DNA of 64,000 nucleotides from Acidimicrobiia bacterium (GCA_026002935.1 BPGH01000001.1:2629250-2693249), one strand, 5' to 3'. Positions 16,574 through 26,279 are shown, counted from the stretch's first letter. Numbers and translations: made by a program. The notes: a model not told the origin generated them from the letters alone.

Positions 16574-17474
16574 GTGATCTGCGAGGGACGGGTGGTGATC
16601 GTGACCGGCGCGGGGCGCGGCATCGGGCGTGCCCACGCGCTCGCCTTCGCACGTGAGGGCGCGAAGGTCGTCGTCAACGACCTCGGCGTCGCGCGCGACG
16701 GGACCGGCGGCGACGCGGGCCCCGCGCAGCAGGTCGTCGAGGAGATCAGGGCGGCCGGGGGCGACGCGGTCGCGAACACCGACGACGTCGCGGACTGGGA
16801 CGGCGCGCGATCACTCGTGCGCGCGGCGATCGACACCTTCGGCCGGCTCGACGTGCTGGTCAACAACGCCGGCTTCCTGCGCGACCGGATGCTGTTCACG
16901 ACGTCGGAGGAGGAGTGGGACGCGGTGATCCGCGTCCACCTCAAGGGCCACTTCGCACCCACGCGCCACGCCTCCGAGTACTGGCGCGCGCAGGCCAAGG
17001 CCGGTGAGCCGGTCGACGCCCGCATCGTGAACACGTCGTCGGGGGCGGGCCTGATGGGCAGCGTCGGCCAGGGCGCGTACAGCGCCGCGAAGGCCGGGAT
17101 CGCGGCGCTCACGCTCGTGGAGGCCGCCGAGCTGGCGCGCTACGGCGTCACCGCGAACGCGATCGCGCCCGCCGCCCGCACCCGCATGACCGAGGAGGTC
17201 TTCGCCGACCGCATGGCCGCGCCGGGCGAGGGGTTCGACGCCAACGACCCCGCGAACATCTCGCCGCTCGTCGTGTGGCTGGGGAGCGCGGACTCCCGCG
17301 ACGTCACCGGCCGCGTGTTCGAGGTCGAGGGCGGCGTGATCTCCGTCGCCGACGGCTGGCAGCACGGGCCCGCGGCTCGACAAGGGTGCGCGCTGGGAGC
17401 CCGCCGAGGTCGGTGCGGCGGTGCGGGAGCTCCTCGCGAAGGCGCCGCCGCCCGCGCCGGTCTACGGCGCGTAG
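16574..17474 (+). pseudogene. short-chain dehydrogenase/reductase (about 300-aa paralog family) with +1 frame disruption near 17375
   Basis: GTG 16574. The translation VICEGRVVIVTGAGRGIGRAHA...NNAGFLRDR...YSAAKAGI...GRVFEVEGGVISVADGWQHGPA continues in the next frame as LDKGARWEPAEVGAAVRELLAKAPPPAPVYGA, ending at TAG 17472-17474. This tail aligns with the paralog at 27963 (..LQGWSLVATLDRGEGRWTPEELAA..). The span is 901 nt, which is 3n+1. Confidence 0.75.
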
Positions 17475-17476
17475 CC

Positions 17477-19132
17477 GTGCGCCACCCGGCGCCGCCGGAG
17501 GTCCGCGACCGCTGGTGGGCGAGCGGCGCGTGGACGGCGGAGACCCTGCTCGACCGGCTCGCCGCCGCGCCCGGCGACCGCCTCGCCCTCGTCGACGGCG
17601 ACGTGCGCGTCAGCGTCGAGGGGCTGCGCACGGCCGCGCACGGGTGGGCCGCCCGCCTCGGCGCGCTCGGCGTCGGCCCCGGCGACGTCGTGTGCTGGCA
17701 GCTCCCGAATTGGTGGGAGGCCGTGGCGCTGTGTTGGGGCGTGTGGCTCCGGGGGGCCGTGGCCAGCCCGGTGACCCCGACGCTGCGCGCCCGCGAGGTG
17801 GGGTTCATCGCGCGCCAGACCGGCGCGGCGGTGATCGCCGTCCCGCGCCGCTTCCGAGGCACCGACCACGTCGCGCTGGTCCGCGACGCGGGGTTCACCG
17901 GCGAGGTGGTGGTCGTGCGCGATGACGACGCGCCACCGCCGGCCCCGGCCGGCGCGTCGACGGTGCCGGGCGTGAGCGCAGGTGACCGGGCCGTGGTGCT
18001 GTGGACGTCGGGCACCACCGCCGAGCCCAAGGGCGCCGTCCACACCCACCAGAGCCTGCGGTACGAGGCCGACACCATCGCCGCCGCCCACGCCATGCGC
18101 CCCGGCGAGTCGCTGCTGCTCCCGATGCCGATCACGCACGTCGCGGGGCTCACCTACGGCGTCCTGCTCCCGGTGACCTCGGGCATCACCGCGGTGCTGA
18201 TGGACACCTGGGACCCGGGCGAGGCGCTGCGCGTCCTCGAGCGCGAGCGCGTCGCCGTCATGATCTCCACCCCGGTGTTCATGCGGACGATGATCGACCA
18301 CCCGTCGTTCGGGTCCACCGACACCTCGTCGCTGCGCCTCTTCTCGCTCGGCGGCGCCGGCGTCGCGCCGGCGATGGTGCGCGAGGGCGCCGCGGCCTTC
18401 GGCTGCTGGTGCAAGCGGACCTACGGGTCGACGGAGTACCCGACGCTCACCACCGGGTGCCCCGGCGACGACCCGGAGCTCGACGCGACCACCGACGGCC
18501 GCCCGATCGCGGACGCCGAACTGCGCGTCGTCGACCCCGACACGCTCGAGGACCGCCCGCCGGGCGAGGCGGGCGAGCTCCTCGCGCGCGGCCCGGAGAT
18601 GTTCAGCGGCTACCTCGACCCGCGCCTCGACGACGCCGCGTTCGCGCCGGGCGGGTGGTTCCGCACCGGCGACCTCGCCGTGTTCGACGGCGCGCACCTC
18701 ACGATCGTCGACCGCCTGAAGGACGTGATCATCCGCGGCGGCGAGAACGTCTCGGCGCAGGAGGTCGAGGCGGCGCTCCTGACGCACCCGGCGATCGCCG
18801 AGGCCGCGTGCGTCGCCGTGCCCGACCGTGTCATGGGCGAACGGGTGTGTGCCTACGTCATCGCACGGCCCGGCGCGCGCGTCGCGCTGGAGGACGTCCG
18901 CGCCCACCTGCTCGCCCTCGGCCTCGCCCGCTACAAGCTGCCCGAGCGGCTCGAGGTCCGCGCCGAGCTGCCGCGCACGGCGAGTGGCAAGGTCCGCAAG
19001 GCCGCGCTGCGCGACGAACTGCGCGCGGCGCCGCGCCGCGAGGGCGGGCCCGCGGGGCCCGGGGGGGGCCGTGGGGGCACCCGGGCCCGGCCCGGCGGCC
19101 GGGAGCGGCCGGGACCTCGCGCGCTAGGGTGA
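17477..19132 (+). CDS. AMP-dependent acyl-CoA synthetase/ligase (FadD-like)
   Basis: GTG 17477, in the frame of track ORF 15470..19132. Translation: LWTSGTTAEPKGAVHTH, YGSTEYP, WFRTGDL, RLKDVIIRGGENV, PRTASGKVRK. The Gly/Arg-rich C-terminal 35 aa (with a G8 run at 19061-19068) may not be authentic. Confidence 0.8.
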   Translation: MRHPAPPEVRDRWWASGAWTAETLLDRLAAAPGDRLALVDGDVRVSVEGLRTAAHGWAARLGALGVGPGDVVCWQLPNWWEAVALCWGVWLRGAVASPVTPTLRAREVGFIARQTGAAVIAVPRRFRGTDHVALVRDAGFTGEVVVVRDDDAPPPAPAGASTVPGVSAGDRAVVLWTSGTTAEPKGAVHTHQSLRYEADTIAAAHAMRPGESLLLPMPITHVAGLTYGVLLPVTSGITAVLMDTWDPGEALRVLERERVAVMISTPVFMRTMIDHPSFGSTDTSSLRLFSLGGAGVAPAMVREGAAAFGCWCKRTYGSTEYPTLTTGCPGDDPELDATTDGRPIADAELRVVDPDTLEDRPPGEAGELLARGPEMFSGYLDPRLDDAAFAPGGWFRTGDLAVFDGAHLTIVDRLKDVIIRGGENVSAQEVEAALLTHPAIAEAACVAVPDRVMGERVCAYVIARPGARVALEDVRAHLLALGLARYKLPERLEVRAELPRTASGKVRKAALRDELRAAPRREGGPAGPGGGRGGTRARPGGRERPGPRALG

Positions 19133-19144
19133 CGCCCACGTCAG
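19129..19144. promoter_or_regulatory. inverted repeat gTGACG-ccca-CGTCAG (candidate operator, N4 class)
   Basis: Read directly. It lies 28 nt upstream of the SDR ATG at 19172. Confidence 0.35.
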
Positions 19145-19171
19145 GTTTCCCGGTTCGGAGGGAGCGCGCGC

Positions 19172-20110
19172 ATGGGCATGCTCGACGGCAAGGTCGCGAT
19201 CGTCACCGGCGCCGGCAACGGTGTGGGCCGCGGCGAGGCGATCATGCTCGCCGACCACGGCGCCAAGGTCGTGGTCAACGACCTCGGTGGCGGCGTCTCG
19301 GGCGACGGCGGCGGCGACAAGCGGGTCGCCGACGAGGTCGTCGAGGTCATCAAGCGGCGCGGCGGCGAGGCCGTCGCCAACTACGACAGCGTCGCCGACT
19401 TCGAGGGCGCCCGGAACATCGTCGCCACCGCGATCGAGGCGTTCGGCCGCCTCGACGTGCTCGTCAACAACGCCGGGGTGCTGCGCGACCGCATGATGTT
19501 CTCGATGACGCCGGAGGACTTCGACACGGTCGTCAAGGTCCACCTGTACGGCACCTGGAACACGATGCACCACGCGTCGGTGTACTGGCGCAACGAGTCG
19601 AAGGAGGGCCGCCAGCCGCGCGCGTCGATCGTCAACACGGTCTCGAGTGCCGGGCTCCAGGGCCAGGCGAGCCAGATCAACTACGGGGCCGCGAAGGCGG
19701 GTATCGCCGCGATGACGATCATCGCGAGTCTCGAGCTGAAGCGCTACGGCGTGCGCGCCAACTGCATCGGGCCCGGCGGCTTCACCCGGATGGTCGCCCA
19801 GGCCATGAAGGACATCCAGGTCAAGAACCCCGAGGACTACACGGAGTTCGACCCGATGAACCCGGGCAACTCCGCCCCCGCGGTCGTCTGGCTCGCGTCC
19901 GACGAGTCGCTGCACGTGACCGGGCAGGTGCTGCGGCTCGTCGGCAACAACCTGTGCGTGTACCGTCCCTGGGAGATGGGCGAGCAGTTCCTGGCGACCG
20001 ACAAGGACGGGTCGCCCAAGCAGTGGGACCCGGCCGACATCGGCCGCATCCTCAACCGGTACCACTTCCGCAGCGAGAACCCCGGGATCGACGCGCAACG
20101 GCGGGCGTGA
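19172..20110 (+). CDS. short-chain dehydrogenase/reductase (312 aa)
   Basis: Track ORF with a GGAGGGAG RBS. Translation: MGMLDGKVAIVTGAGNGVGRGEA...NNAGVLRDR...YGAAKAGI. Confidence 0.85.
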   Translation: MGMLDGKVAIVTGAGNGVGRGEAIMLADHGAKVVVNDLGGGVSGDGGGDKRVADEVVEVIKRRGGEAVANYDSVADFEGARNIVATAIEAFGRLDVLVNNAGVLRDRMMFSMTPEDFDTVVKVHLYGTWNTMHHASVYWRNESKEGRQPRASIVNTVSSAGLQGQASQINYGAAKAGIAAMTIIASLELKRYGVRANCIGPGGFTRMVAQAMKDIQVKNPEDYTEFDPMNPGNSAPAVVWLASDESLHVTGQVLRLVGNNLCVYRPWEMGEQFLATDKDGSPKQWDPADIGRILNRYHFRSENPGIDAQRRA

Positions 20111-20958
20111 GGCACGTGTACGTCCAGGCGATCCCCGACTTCGAGACCATCCGTTACGAGGAGGGTGACGACGGCGTCGCCGTCGTCACCCTGAACCGCC
20201 CCGAGGTCCACAACGCGTTCAACTCGCTCATGCAGCGCGAGCTGCACTCGCTGTGGCGGGCGCTGCGCCGTCACGACCCGGTCCGGTGCGTCGTCCTCAC
20301 CGGCGCCGGCGACAAGGCGTTCTGCACCGGCATCGACCGCATGGAGCAGATGGGCGGGCGCCAGGACGACACGACCGATCCCGACGTGGTCGGCTCGGGC
20401 AGCACGCCGTTCATGTTCAACGACCCGGGCGACAACCTCGGGCCCAAGTCGTCCGATCTGTGGAAGCCCGTCATCGCCGCGGTCAACGGGATGGCGTGCG
20501 GCGGGGCCTTCTACATGCTCGGCGAAGTCGAGTTCATCATCGCGGCCGAGCACGCGACGTTCTTCGACCCGCACGTCACCTACGGCATGTGCGCGGCGTT
20601 CGAACCCATCCACATGGCCGGCATCACCCCGTTCCCGGAGATCATGCGGCTGTCGCTCATGGGCAACCACGAGCGCATGTCCGCGGCGCGCGCCCACCAG
20701 ATCGGCATGGTCTCGGAGGTGGTGCCCGCCGACCGCCTGCTCCCCCGCGCCCGCGAGGTCGCGGCCGTCATCGCCTCGCAGCCGCGCCTCGCCGTCGAGG
20801 GGACGGTGCGGGCGCTCTGGTCGACCCGGTCGATGCCCCAGCGGGAGGCGGTGCGGCAGGCGTACGCGTACGTCGCGATGGGCACCAGCCAGGAGTCGAT
20901 CGCCGAGGGGCAGAAGCTGTTCGAGTCCGGCACGCGCGTGGAGTGGAAGCTGCGGTGA
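20107..20958 (+). CDS. enoyl-CoA hydratase/isomerase (crotonase) family
   Basis: GTG 20107 overlaps the SDR stop (GTGA). Translation: VVTLNRPEVHNAFN...VVLTGAGDKAFCTGID...AAVNGMACGGAFYML. Confidence 0.8.
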   Translation: MRHVYVQAIPDFETIRYEEGDDGVAVVTLNRPEVHNAFNSLMQRELHSLWRALRRHDPVRCVVLTGAGDKAFCTGIDRMEQMGGRQDDTTDPDVVGSGSTPFMFNDPGDNLGPKSSDLWKPVIAAVNGMACGGAFYMLGEVEFIIAAEHATFFDPHVTYGMCAAFEPIHMAGITPFPEIMRLSLMGNHERMSAARAHQIGMVSEVVPADRLLPRAREVAAVIASQPRLAVEGTVRALWSTRSMPQREAVRQAYAYVAMGTSQESIAEGQKLFESGTRVEWKLR

Positions 20959-22100
20959 GCAAGCGAGTCGCGATCGTCGGTGCCGCCCTGTCCGACATCG
21001 GGCGCGTCGACACGAAGTCCCCGTTCGAGCTCCACCACCAGGCCGCGTCGCGCGCGATCGCCGACGCGGGCCTGACGAAGGACGACGTCGACGGGTTCGG
21101 GTCGTGCGGCACCGGGCTGCTCGCCCCCGTTGAGGTCGCCGAGTACCTCGGGCTGCGGCCCACCTGGGCCGATGGCACGGGGGTCGGCGGCTCGACCTGG
21201 GAGTTCATGGTCGGGCACGCCACCGCGGCGATCCAGGCCGGTCACGCGAACGTGGTCGTGCTCGTCTACGGTTCGACCGCGCGGGCGGACCTGAAGGCGA
21301 GGCGCCGGAGCGCGAACCTCTCGTTCGGCACGCGCGGGCCGGTGCAGTTCGACGCCCCGTTCGGCCACACGCTGATCTCCAAGTACGCGATGACGGCGCG
21401 CCGCCACATGCACGAGTTCGGCACGACGATCGAGCAGCTCGCCGAGATCGCGGTTTCGACCCGATACAACGCGTCGCTGAACCCCGAGGCGTTCTACCGC
21501 GACCCGATCACGATCGACGACGTGCAGGCCTCGCCGATGATCGCCGACCCGCTCACGAAGCTCCACTGCTGCATCCGCAGCGACGGGGGCGGTGCCGTGG
21601 TCCTCACGTCCGAGGACCGGGCCAGGGACCTGGCGAAGGAACCGGTGTGGGTGCTCGGCACCGGCGAGACGACGTCGCACACGACGATGAGCGAGTGGGA
21701 GGACTTCACCGAGTCGCCCGCCGTGCGCAGCGGCCGCCTCGCGTTCGAGCGGGCGGGCGTGACCCCCGCCGACATCGACTGCTGCCAGATCTACGACGCG
21801 TTCACCCCGATGGTGCTCCTCACGCTCGAGGCGCTCGGCTTCTGCGGCAAGGGCGAGGGCGGCCCGTTCGTCGAGGACGGCAAGCTGCGCGTCGGCGGCG
21901 CGCTGCCGACCAACACCGACGGCGGCGGGCTCTCGCACTGCCACCCCGGCATGCGCGGGATGTTCCTGCTCGTCGAGGCGGTCCGCCAGCTCCGGGGCGA
22001 GGCCGAGGGCCGCCAGGTCGAGGGCGCGCGGCTGTGCTGCGTCAACGGCACCGGCGGCTGGTTCTCGTCCGCCGCCACGGTGATCCTCGGCGTCGGCTGA
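20955..22100 (+). CDS. thiolase-like lipid-transfer protein (Ltp type)
   Basis: GTG 20955 overlaps the crotonase stop (GTGA). Translation: VAIVGAALSDIGRV...MIADPLTKLHCCIRSDGGGAVVL...NTDGGGLSHCHPGMRGMFLLVEAVRQLRGEA. Confidence 0.8.
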   Translation: MSKRVAIVGAALSDIGRVDTKSPFELHHQAASRAIADAGLTKDDVDGFGSCGTGLLAPVEVAEYLGLRPTWADGTGVGGSTWEFMVGHATAAIQAGHANVVVLVYGSTARADLKARRRSANLSFGTRGPVQFDAPFGHTLISKYAMTARRHMHEFGTTIEQLAEIAVSTRYNASLNPEAFYRDPITIDDVQASPMIADPLTKLHCCIRSDGGGAVVLTSEDRARDLAKEPVWVLGTGETTSHTTMSEWEDFTESPAVRSGRLAFERAGVTPADIDCCQIYDAFTPMVLLTLEALGFCGKGEGGPFVEDGKLRVGGALPTNTDGGGLSHCHPGMRGMFLLVEAVRQLRGEAEGRQVEGARLCCVNGTGGWFSSAATVILGVG

Positions 22101-22127
22101 CCGCCCGCCGGGCCGGCCCGCCCGCCG

Positions 22128-22823
22128 TCAGCGCGCCGGCGCGGGCGCGCCGAAGAACCCCCGGTGCACCGTGTGGGTGACGGTGGCGAGGAGCTCGCCG
22201 GGCGCGAGGTCGAGGCGGCGCGACACCAGGTAGTACGCGAAGCGTTCGAGCATCGCCATCAGCGCCGAGACGGTCGCGCCGTCGGCGACCGCGCCCGCCT
22301 CGCGCATCCGCCGGCCGAGCGCGGTCGCGATGTCGGTGAACGCCTGCACGCCGAGCGCCCCGACCTCCCGGTCGTCGACGTGGCCCTCCATCCACGCCCG
22401 GATCACCGGCCCGTACCGCCGGTAGGTCCCGAAGAACTCGTCGAGGAACCGCGCCAGCTCCTCGTAGCCGGCGTCGTCCGGCCCGACCGCGCCGAGCCGG
22501 GACGCCAGGTCGTCGAGCGTCTCCGCGCACTCGCGTGCGAGCGCGCGCAGCAGGTCTTCCTTGTTCGCGAAGTAGAGGTAGAAGGTGCCGTGTGACGCGC
22601 GCGCGGCCCGCACGATGTCGTCGACGCGCGCGGCGTGGAACCCGCGCTCGGCGAACACCCGCATCCCGGCGTCGAGCAGTCGCCGCATGGTCCTGCGGCC
22701 CTGCGCCCGCAGCTCCCGGCGTTGCGCGGGGCTCACGGCGGCGGGACGACGCGCGCGGCGCCTGCCACCGCCCCCGTCGCGCGCGCGACCCGCTGTGTAG
22801 CCTTCGCTCATGCTCCCCGCCAC
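22128..22823 (-). CDS. TetR-family transcriptional regulator
   Basis: Track ORF of 231 aa. The HTH reads FAERGFHAARVDDIVRAARASHGTFYLYFANKEDLL. The start is either GTG 22823 or ATG 22811, and either one overlaps the divergent FadD start. Confidence 0.85.
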   Translation of the reverse strand: MAGSMSEGYTAGRARDGGGGRRRARRPAAVSPAQRRELRAQGRRTMRRLLDAGMRVFAERGFHAARVDDIVRAARASHGTFYLYFANKEDLLRALARECAETLDDLASRLGAVGPDDAGYEELARFLDEFFGTYRRYGPVIRAWMEGHVDDREVGALGVQAFTDIATALGRRMREAGAVADGATVSALMAMLERFAYYLVSRRLDLAPGELLATVTHTVHRGFFGAPAPAR

Positions 22824-24267
22824 GATCCGAGAGGCGGCCCGACGATTCGGCGATCGTACCGCCTACGTGGCCGAGGCGGGCTGGCCGATCACGTACGCGG
22901 ACATCGACCGCGTCTCCGACGAGGTCGCGGCCGGGCTCGCGCGCCGCGGGGTGCGGCCCGGCGACGTCGTCGCGCTCGTGCTGCCGCCCGGCCCGGAGTA
23001 CCTGCTCGCCTACTGCGGGGCCGCCAAGGCCGGCGCGATCACCGCGGGCGTCAACGACCGCCTCTCCGAGCGCGAGCGCAAGGCCCTCCTCGACCTCGCC
23101 GACCCGGCCGTCGTCGTCGACGACCCCGCCGCGGACTCGCTCGACGGCGTCCTCGCGGACTGGCGCGTCCGCGGCGCGCCGCCCGCGGCCCCGCTGCCCG
23201 ACGACCCGGACCGCCCGGTGGCGATCGTCTTCACCTCGGGTACGACCGGCCTGCCGAAGGGGGCGATCTACTGCGAGCGGCAGCTCGCGTTCATCACCGC
23301 CACCGACGTCGGCGACGCCTGGGGCGGGGGCGGCCGCTCCTTCACGGGCACGTCGTTCGCACACCTCGGCTTCATGACGAAGCTGCCGGGGAACCTCCGC
23401 CGCGGCGGCACCAACTTCATGATGACCCGCTGGCGCGCGGCCGACGCCCTCGCGCTCGTCGAGCGCGAGCGGATGAGCACGGTCGCCGGCGTGCCGACCC
23501 AGATCGCCCTGATGCTGCGGCAGCCCGACTTCGATCGCCACGACCTGTCGAGCGTGCAGTTCGTCGTCGTCGGCGGCGGCCCCGTCACGCCCGGGCTCGC
23601 GGCCGAGGCACGCGAGCGGTTCGGCGCGCGCCTCGCGACCCGCTACTCCTGCACGGAGGCCGGCATCGGGCTCGGCACCGCCTTCGACGACCCCGACGAG
23701 GACGCCGTCGTGAGCGTCGGCCGGCCCCACGCGAGCGTCGAGCTCGCGCTCCTCGATCCCGACGACCGGCCCGTCGCCCCGGGCGAGGTCGGCCAGGTGT
23801 GCCTGCGCTCCCCCGCCGTGATGTCCGGGTACTGGCACGACCCGGACGCGACCGCGGCGGCGTTCACCGCCGACGGCTTCGTGCGCACCGGTGACCTCGG
23901 CTGGGTCGACGACCGCGGGCGCCTCCGCCTGGTCGGGCGCGCGAAGGAGATGTACGTGCGCGGCGGCTACAACGTCTACCCGGTGGAGGTCGAGGGCGTG
24001 CTGTCGACGCACCCCGACGTCGCGGCCGTCGCGGTCGTCCCGCGGCCCGACCCGGTGATGGGCGAGATCGGCGTGGCCGTCGTCGTCCCGCGCGACCCCG
24101 CGCGCCCGCCCGGCCTCGCCGAGCTCCGCCGCTACGGCGAGCCGCACCTGGCCGCGTACAAGCTGCCCGAGGCGCTGCACGTCGTCGACGCGCTGCCGCT
24201 GACCGCGGGCGAGAAGGTCGACCGCCGCGCCCTCGCCGACGAGGTCGCCGGCGGCGCCGGTCGGTAG
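22810..24267 (+). CDS. AMP-dependent acyl-CoA synthetase/ligase (FadD-like)
   Basis: Track ORF of 485 aa. Translation: VFTSGTTGLPKGAIY, YSCTEAG, FVRTGDLG, GRAKEMYVRGGYNVYP. Confidence 0.85.
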   Translation: MLPATIREAARRFGDRTAYVAEAGWPITYADIDRVSDEVAAGLARRGVRPGDVVALVLPPGPEYLLAYCGAAKAGAITAGVNDRLSERERKALLDLADPAVVVDDPAADSLDGVLADWRVRGAPPAAPLPDDPDRPVAIVFTSGTTGLPKGAIYCERQLAFITATDVGDAWGGGGRSFTGTSFAHLGFMTKLPGNLRRGGTNFMMTRWRAADALALVERERMSTVAGVPTQIALMLRQPDFDRHDLSSVQFVVVGGGPVTPGLAAEARERFGARLATRYSCTEAGIGLGTAFDDPDEDAVVSVGRPHASVELALLDPDDRPVAPGEVGQVCLRSPAVMSGYWHDPDATAAAFTADGFVRTGDLGWVDDRGRLRLVGRAKEMYVRGGYNVYPVEVEGVLSTHPDVAAVAVVPRPDPVMGEIGVAVVVPRDPARPPGLAELRRYGEPHLAAYKLPEALHVVDALPLTAGEKVDRRALADEVAGGAGR

Positions 24268-24279
24268 ATTCGCCGCCGC

Positions 24280-25395
24280 ATGGAGCTCGACTTCACCCCG
24301 GAGCAGGACGAGCTGCGCGACGCGATCCGCGCGGTGCTCGCGAAGGAGTGCCCCGTCTCGGTGGCCCGCCAGGTGCTCGAGCAGGGCACCGTCCCCGGAT
24401 CGCTGTGGCGCACGTTCGCAGAGCTCGGCTGGCCGGGCCTGACGGTCCCCGAGGCCCACGGCGGGATCGGGCTCGGGATGGTCGAGGCGGCGGTGCTCGC
24501 CGAGGAGCTCGGGCGCGTGGTCGCCCCCGGCCCGCTCCTTCCGACCGTCACGCAGTTCGTGCCGGTGCTCCGGGAGTGCGGCACGCCCGACCAGCAGGCC
24601 CGCTGGCTCCCCGAGGTCGCGGCGGGCCGGTGCACCGGGACCCTCGCGATCGCCGAGGACACGGGGTCGTTCGACCCGGCCGACACGACGGCGACGTTCC
24701 GCCTCGACGGCGATGACGTCGTGTGCGCGGGCCACAAGCGCTACGTGATGGAGGCCGGCGCCGTCGACGAGATCGCCGTGGTCGCGCGCGGCCCCGAGGG
24801 GCTCGGAGTCGTCGTCGTGCCCGCGGACGCGACCCGGCGGACCGAGCTGCACACCTTCGACGGCAGCCGACGGATGGCCCACGTCGGGCTCGACGGCGTG
24901 CGCGTCGGACGCGAGCGCCTGCTCGGCGGCGGCACGGGCGACGCGACCGCCGCCGTGCGTCGGGCGGCCGAGGAGGCCACGGTCGCGCTGGCGCTCGAGA
25001 TGGTCGGCACCGCCCAGTCGATCTTCGACGTGACGCTCGACTACGCGAAGCAGCGCGTGCAGTTCGGCGTGCCGATCGGCTCGTTCCAGGCCGTGAAGCA
25101 CAAGTTCGCGGACATGCTCGTCGCGCTCGAGCGGGCCCGCGCCACCGGTTACTTCGCGGCCCTGACGATCGCCGAGGACGACCCGCGCCGCACGAGCGCG
25201 ACGTCGGTCGCGAAGGCAGCCGCCGGCGACTGCCAGCGGCTGCTCGCGAAGGAGGGCATCCAGCTCCACGGCGGCATCGGCTACACGTGGGAGCACGACA
25301 TGCACGTCTACGTCAAGCGGGTGAAGTCGGGCGAGCCGCTGTTCGGCACGAGCGCCTGGCACCGGGCCCGCATCGCCGAGGCGCTCGGCGTCTGA
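24280..25395 (+). CDS. acyl-CoA dehydrogenase
   Basis: Track ORF of 371 aa. Translation: MELDFTPEQDELRDAIR...AKQRVQFGVPIGSFQAVKHKFADM...GGIGYTWEHDMHVYVKR. Confidence 0.85.
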   Translation: MELDFTPEQDELRDAIRAVLAKECPVSVARQVLEQGTVPGSLWRTFAELGWPGLTVPEAHGGIGLGMVEAAVLAEELGRVVAPGPLLPTVTQFVPVLRECGTPDQQARWLPEVAAGRCTGTLAIAEDTGSFDPADTTATFRLDGDDVVCAGHKRYVMEAGAVDEIAVVARGPEGLGVVVVPADATRRTELHTFDGSRRMAHVGLDGVRVGRERLLGGGTGDATAAVRRAAEEATVALALEMVGTAQSIFDVTLDYAKQRVQFGVPIGSFQAVKHKFADMLVALERARATGYFAALTIAEDDPRRTSATSVAKAAAGDCQRLLAKEGIQLHGGIGYTWEHDMHVYVKRVKSGEPLFGTSAWHRARIAEALGV

Positions 25396-25420
25396 GCGGC
25401 GCGCCCGCCCCCGCCGGGGC

Positions 25421-26164
25421 TCAGGCCCGCAGGACGATCTCGGCGAGCACGTAGAACGCCGCGATGAGCACGAAGCCCGTGTACATCGCGTTCTTGTGCG
25501 TCTCGTAGATGACGTTGAGCCCGCCGTTGCCGGTACCGCTGATGCGGCCCAGCGCGTTGAGCTCCAGCACCGCGATGATCGCCACCCCGATCAGGAAGTA
25601 GACGAGCCACATCCCGGCCGACAGGTCGAACTGCTCGAAGTGCGTCACGTTGTAGAAGTGCGACGCGCCGACCATGAACACGAGCAGCGGCAGCGAGAAG
25701 ATCATGTTCTGGCGGGAGGCCATCAGGGCCCGGCGGCCCGCGGCGGCCGCGTCGGGGTTGGCCTCACCCCCCGCCTGAACGTTGCGGGCGTTCGCGATCA
25801 CGATCTGCTGGTTCGGCCAGATGACCATCCACACGTTGGCCGCCATCACCAGACCCATGATGATGCCGAGCAGCAGCGTCACCCCGGCGGTGCTGCCCCA
25901 GTAGTCGCCGTCGTACAGGTCGGGGAACACGGCGATGATCAGCAGCCCGAACACGACGGTCGCCATCGCCGCCCACCGGAACCACCACAGGGCCCGCCAC
26001 GTCAGCTTGTCGAGCGCGTTGTTGCGCGCCGCCGCCTCCATCTCGGCGAACGCGGGGACCTGCACGAAGTTGAAGAACCACAGCAGGCCCATCCACATGA
26101 TGCCGACGATGACATGACTGATGCGCAGGGCGTTGTCGAAGCCTTCTTGCTCGAACAGCCACAT
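25421..26164 (-). CDS. polytopic membrane protein, PuuD-membrane-domain-like (function unknown)
   Basis: Track ORF of 247 aa with 5-6 hydrophobic spans. The N-terminal LRISHVIVGIMWMGLLWFFNFVQVP resembles the heme-binding membrane domain that I recall from urate hydroxylase PuuD-type proteins; this assignment rests on memory only. Confidence 0.6.
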   Translation of the reverse strand: MWLFEQEGFDNALRISHVIVGIMWMGLLWFFNFVQVPAFAEMEAAARNNALDKLTWRALWWFRWAAMATVVFGLLIIAVFPDLYDGDYWGSTAGVTLLLGIIMGLVMAANVWMVIWPNQQIVIANARNVQAGGEANPDAAAAGRRALMASRQNMIFSLPLLVFMVGASHFYNVTHFEQFDLSAGMWLVYFLIGVAIIAVLELNALGRISGTGNGGLNVIYETHKNAMYTGFVLIAAFYVLAEIVLRA

Positions 26165-26279
26165 GAGTCGGAAACCCCCGGGACGGTGCTCGGAACCGGC
26201 GGGAACCTAGCACCGGCGCCGCGGGCGCCACGGGGATGGGCGCGGCGCCCCGGCGGTCGCGCCCCGGGGACCGGGCGGG

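Noticed and set aside
19040-19132. The Gly/Arg-rich C-terminal tail of the FadD-like ligase, including a G8 run (19061-19068), as a further frameshift site.
   Set aside because: The ligase core ends normally (..SGKVRKAALRDEL). I found no alternative frame with a convincing continuation or earlier stop, so I cannot tell from the sequence alone whether the tail is real.
22097-22127. GCTGAC...GTCAGC arms between the convergent Ltp and TetR genes, considered as a terminator or as an operator of the CTGAC family.
   Set aside because: The arms are 19 nt apart, and the interior (CGCCCGCCGGGCCGGCCCGCCCGCC) is not self-complementary. Only a 6-bp stem would form, and the location (3' ends of both genes) does not fit an operator.
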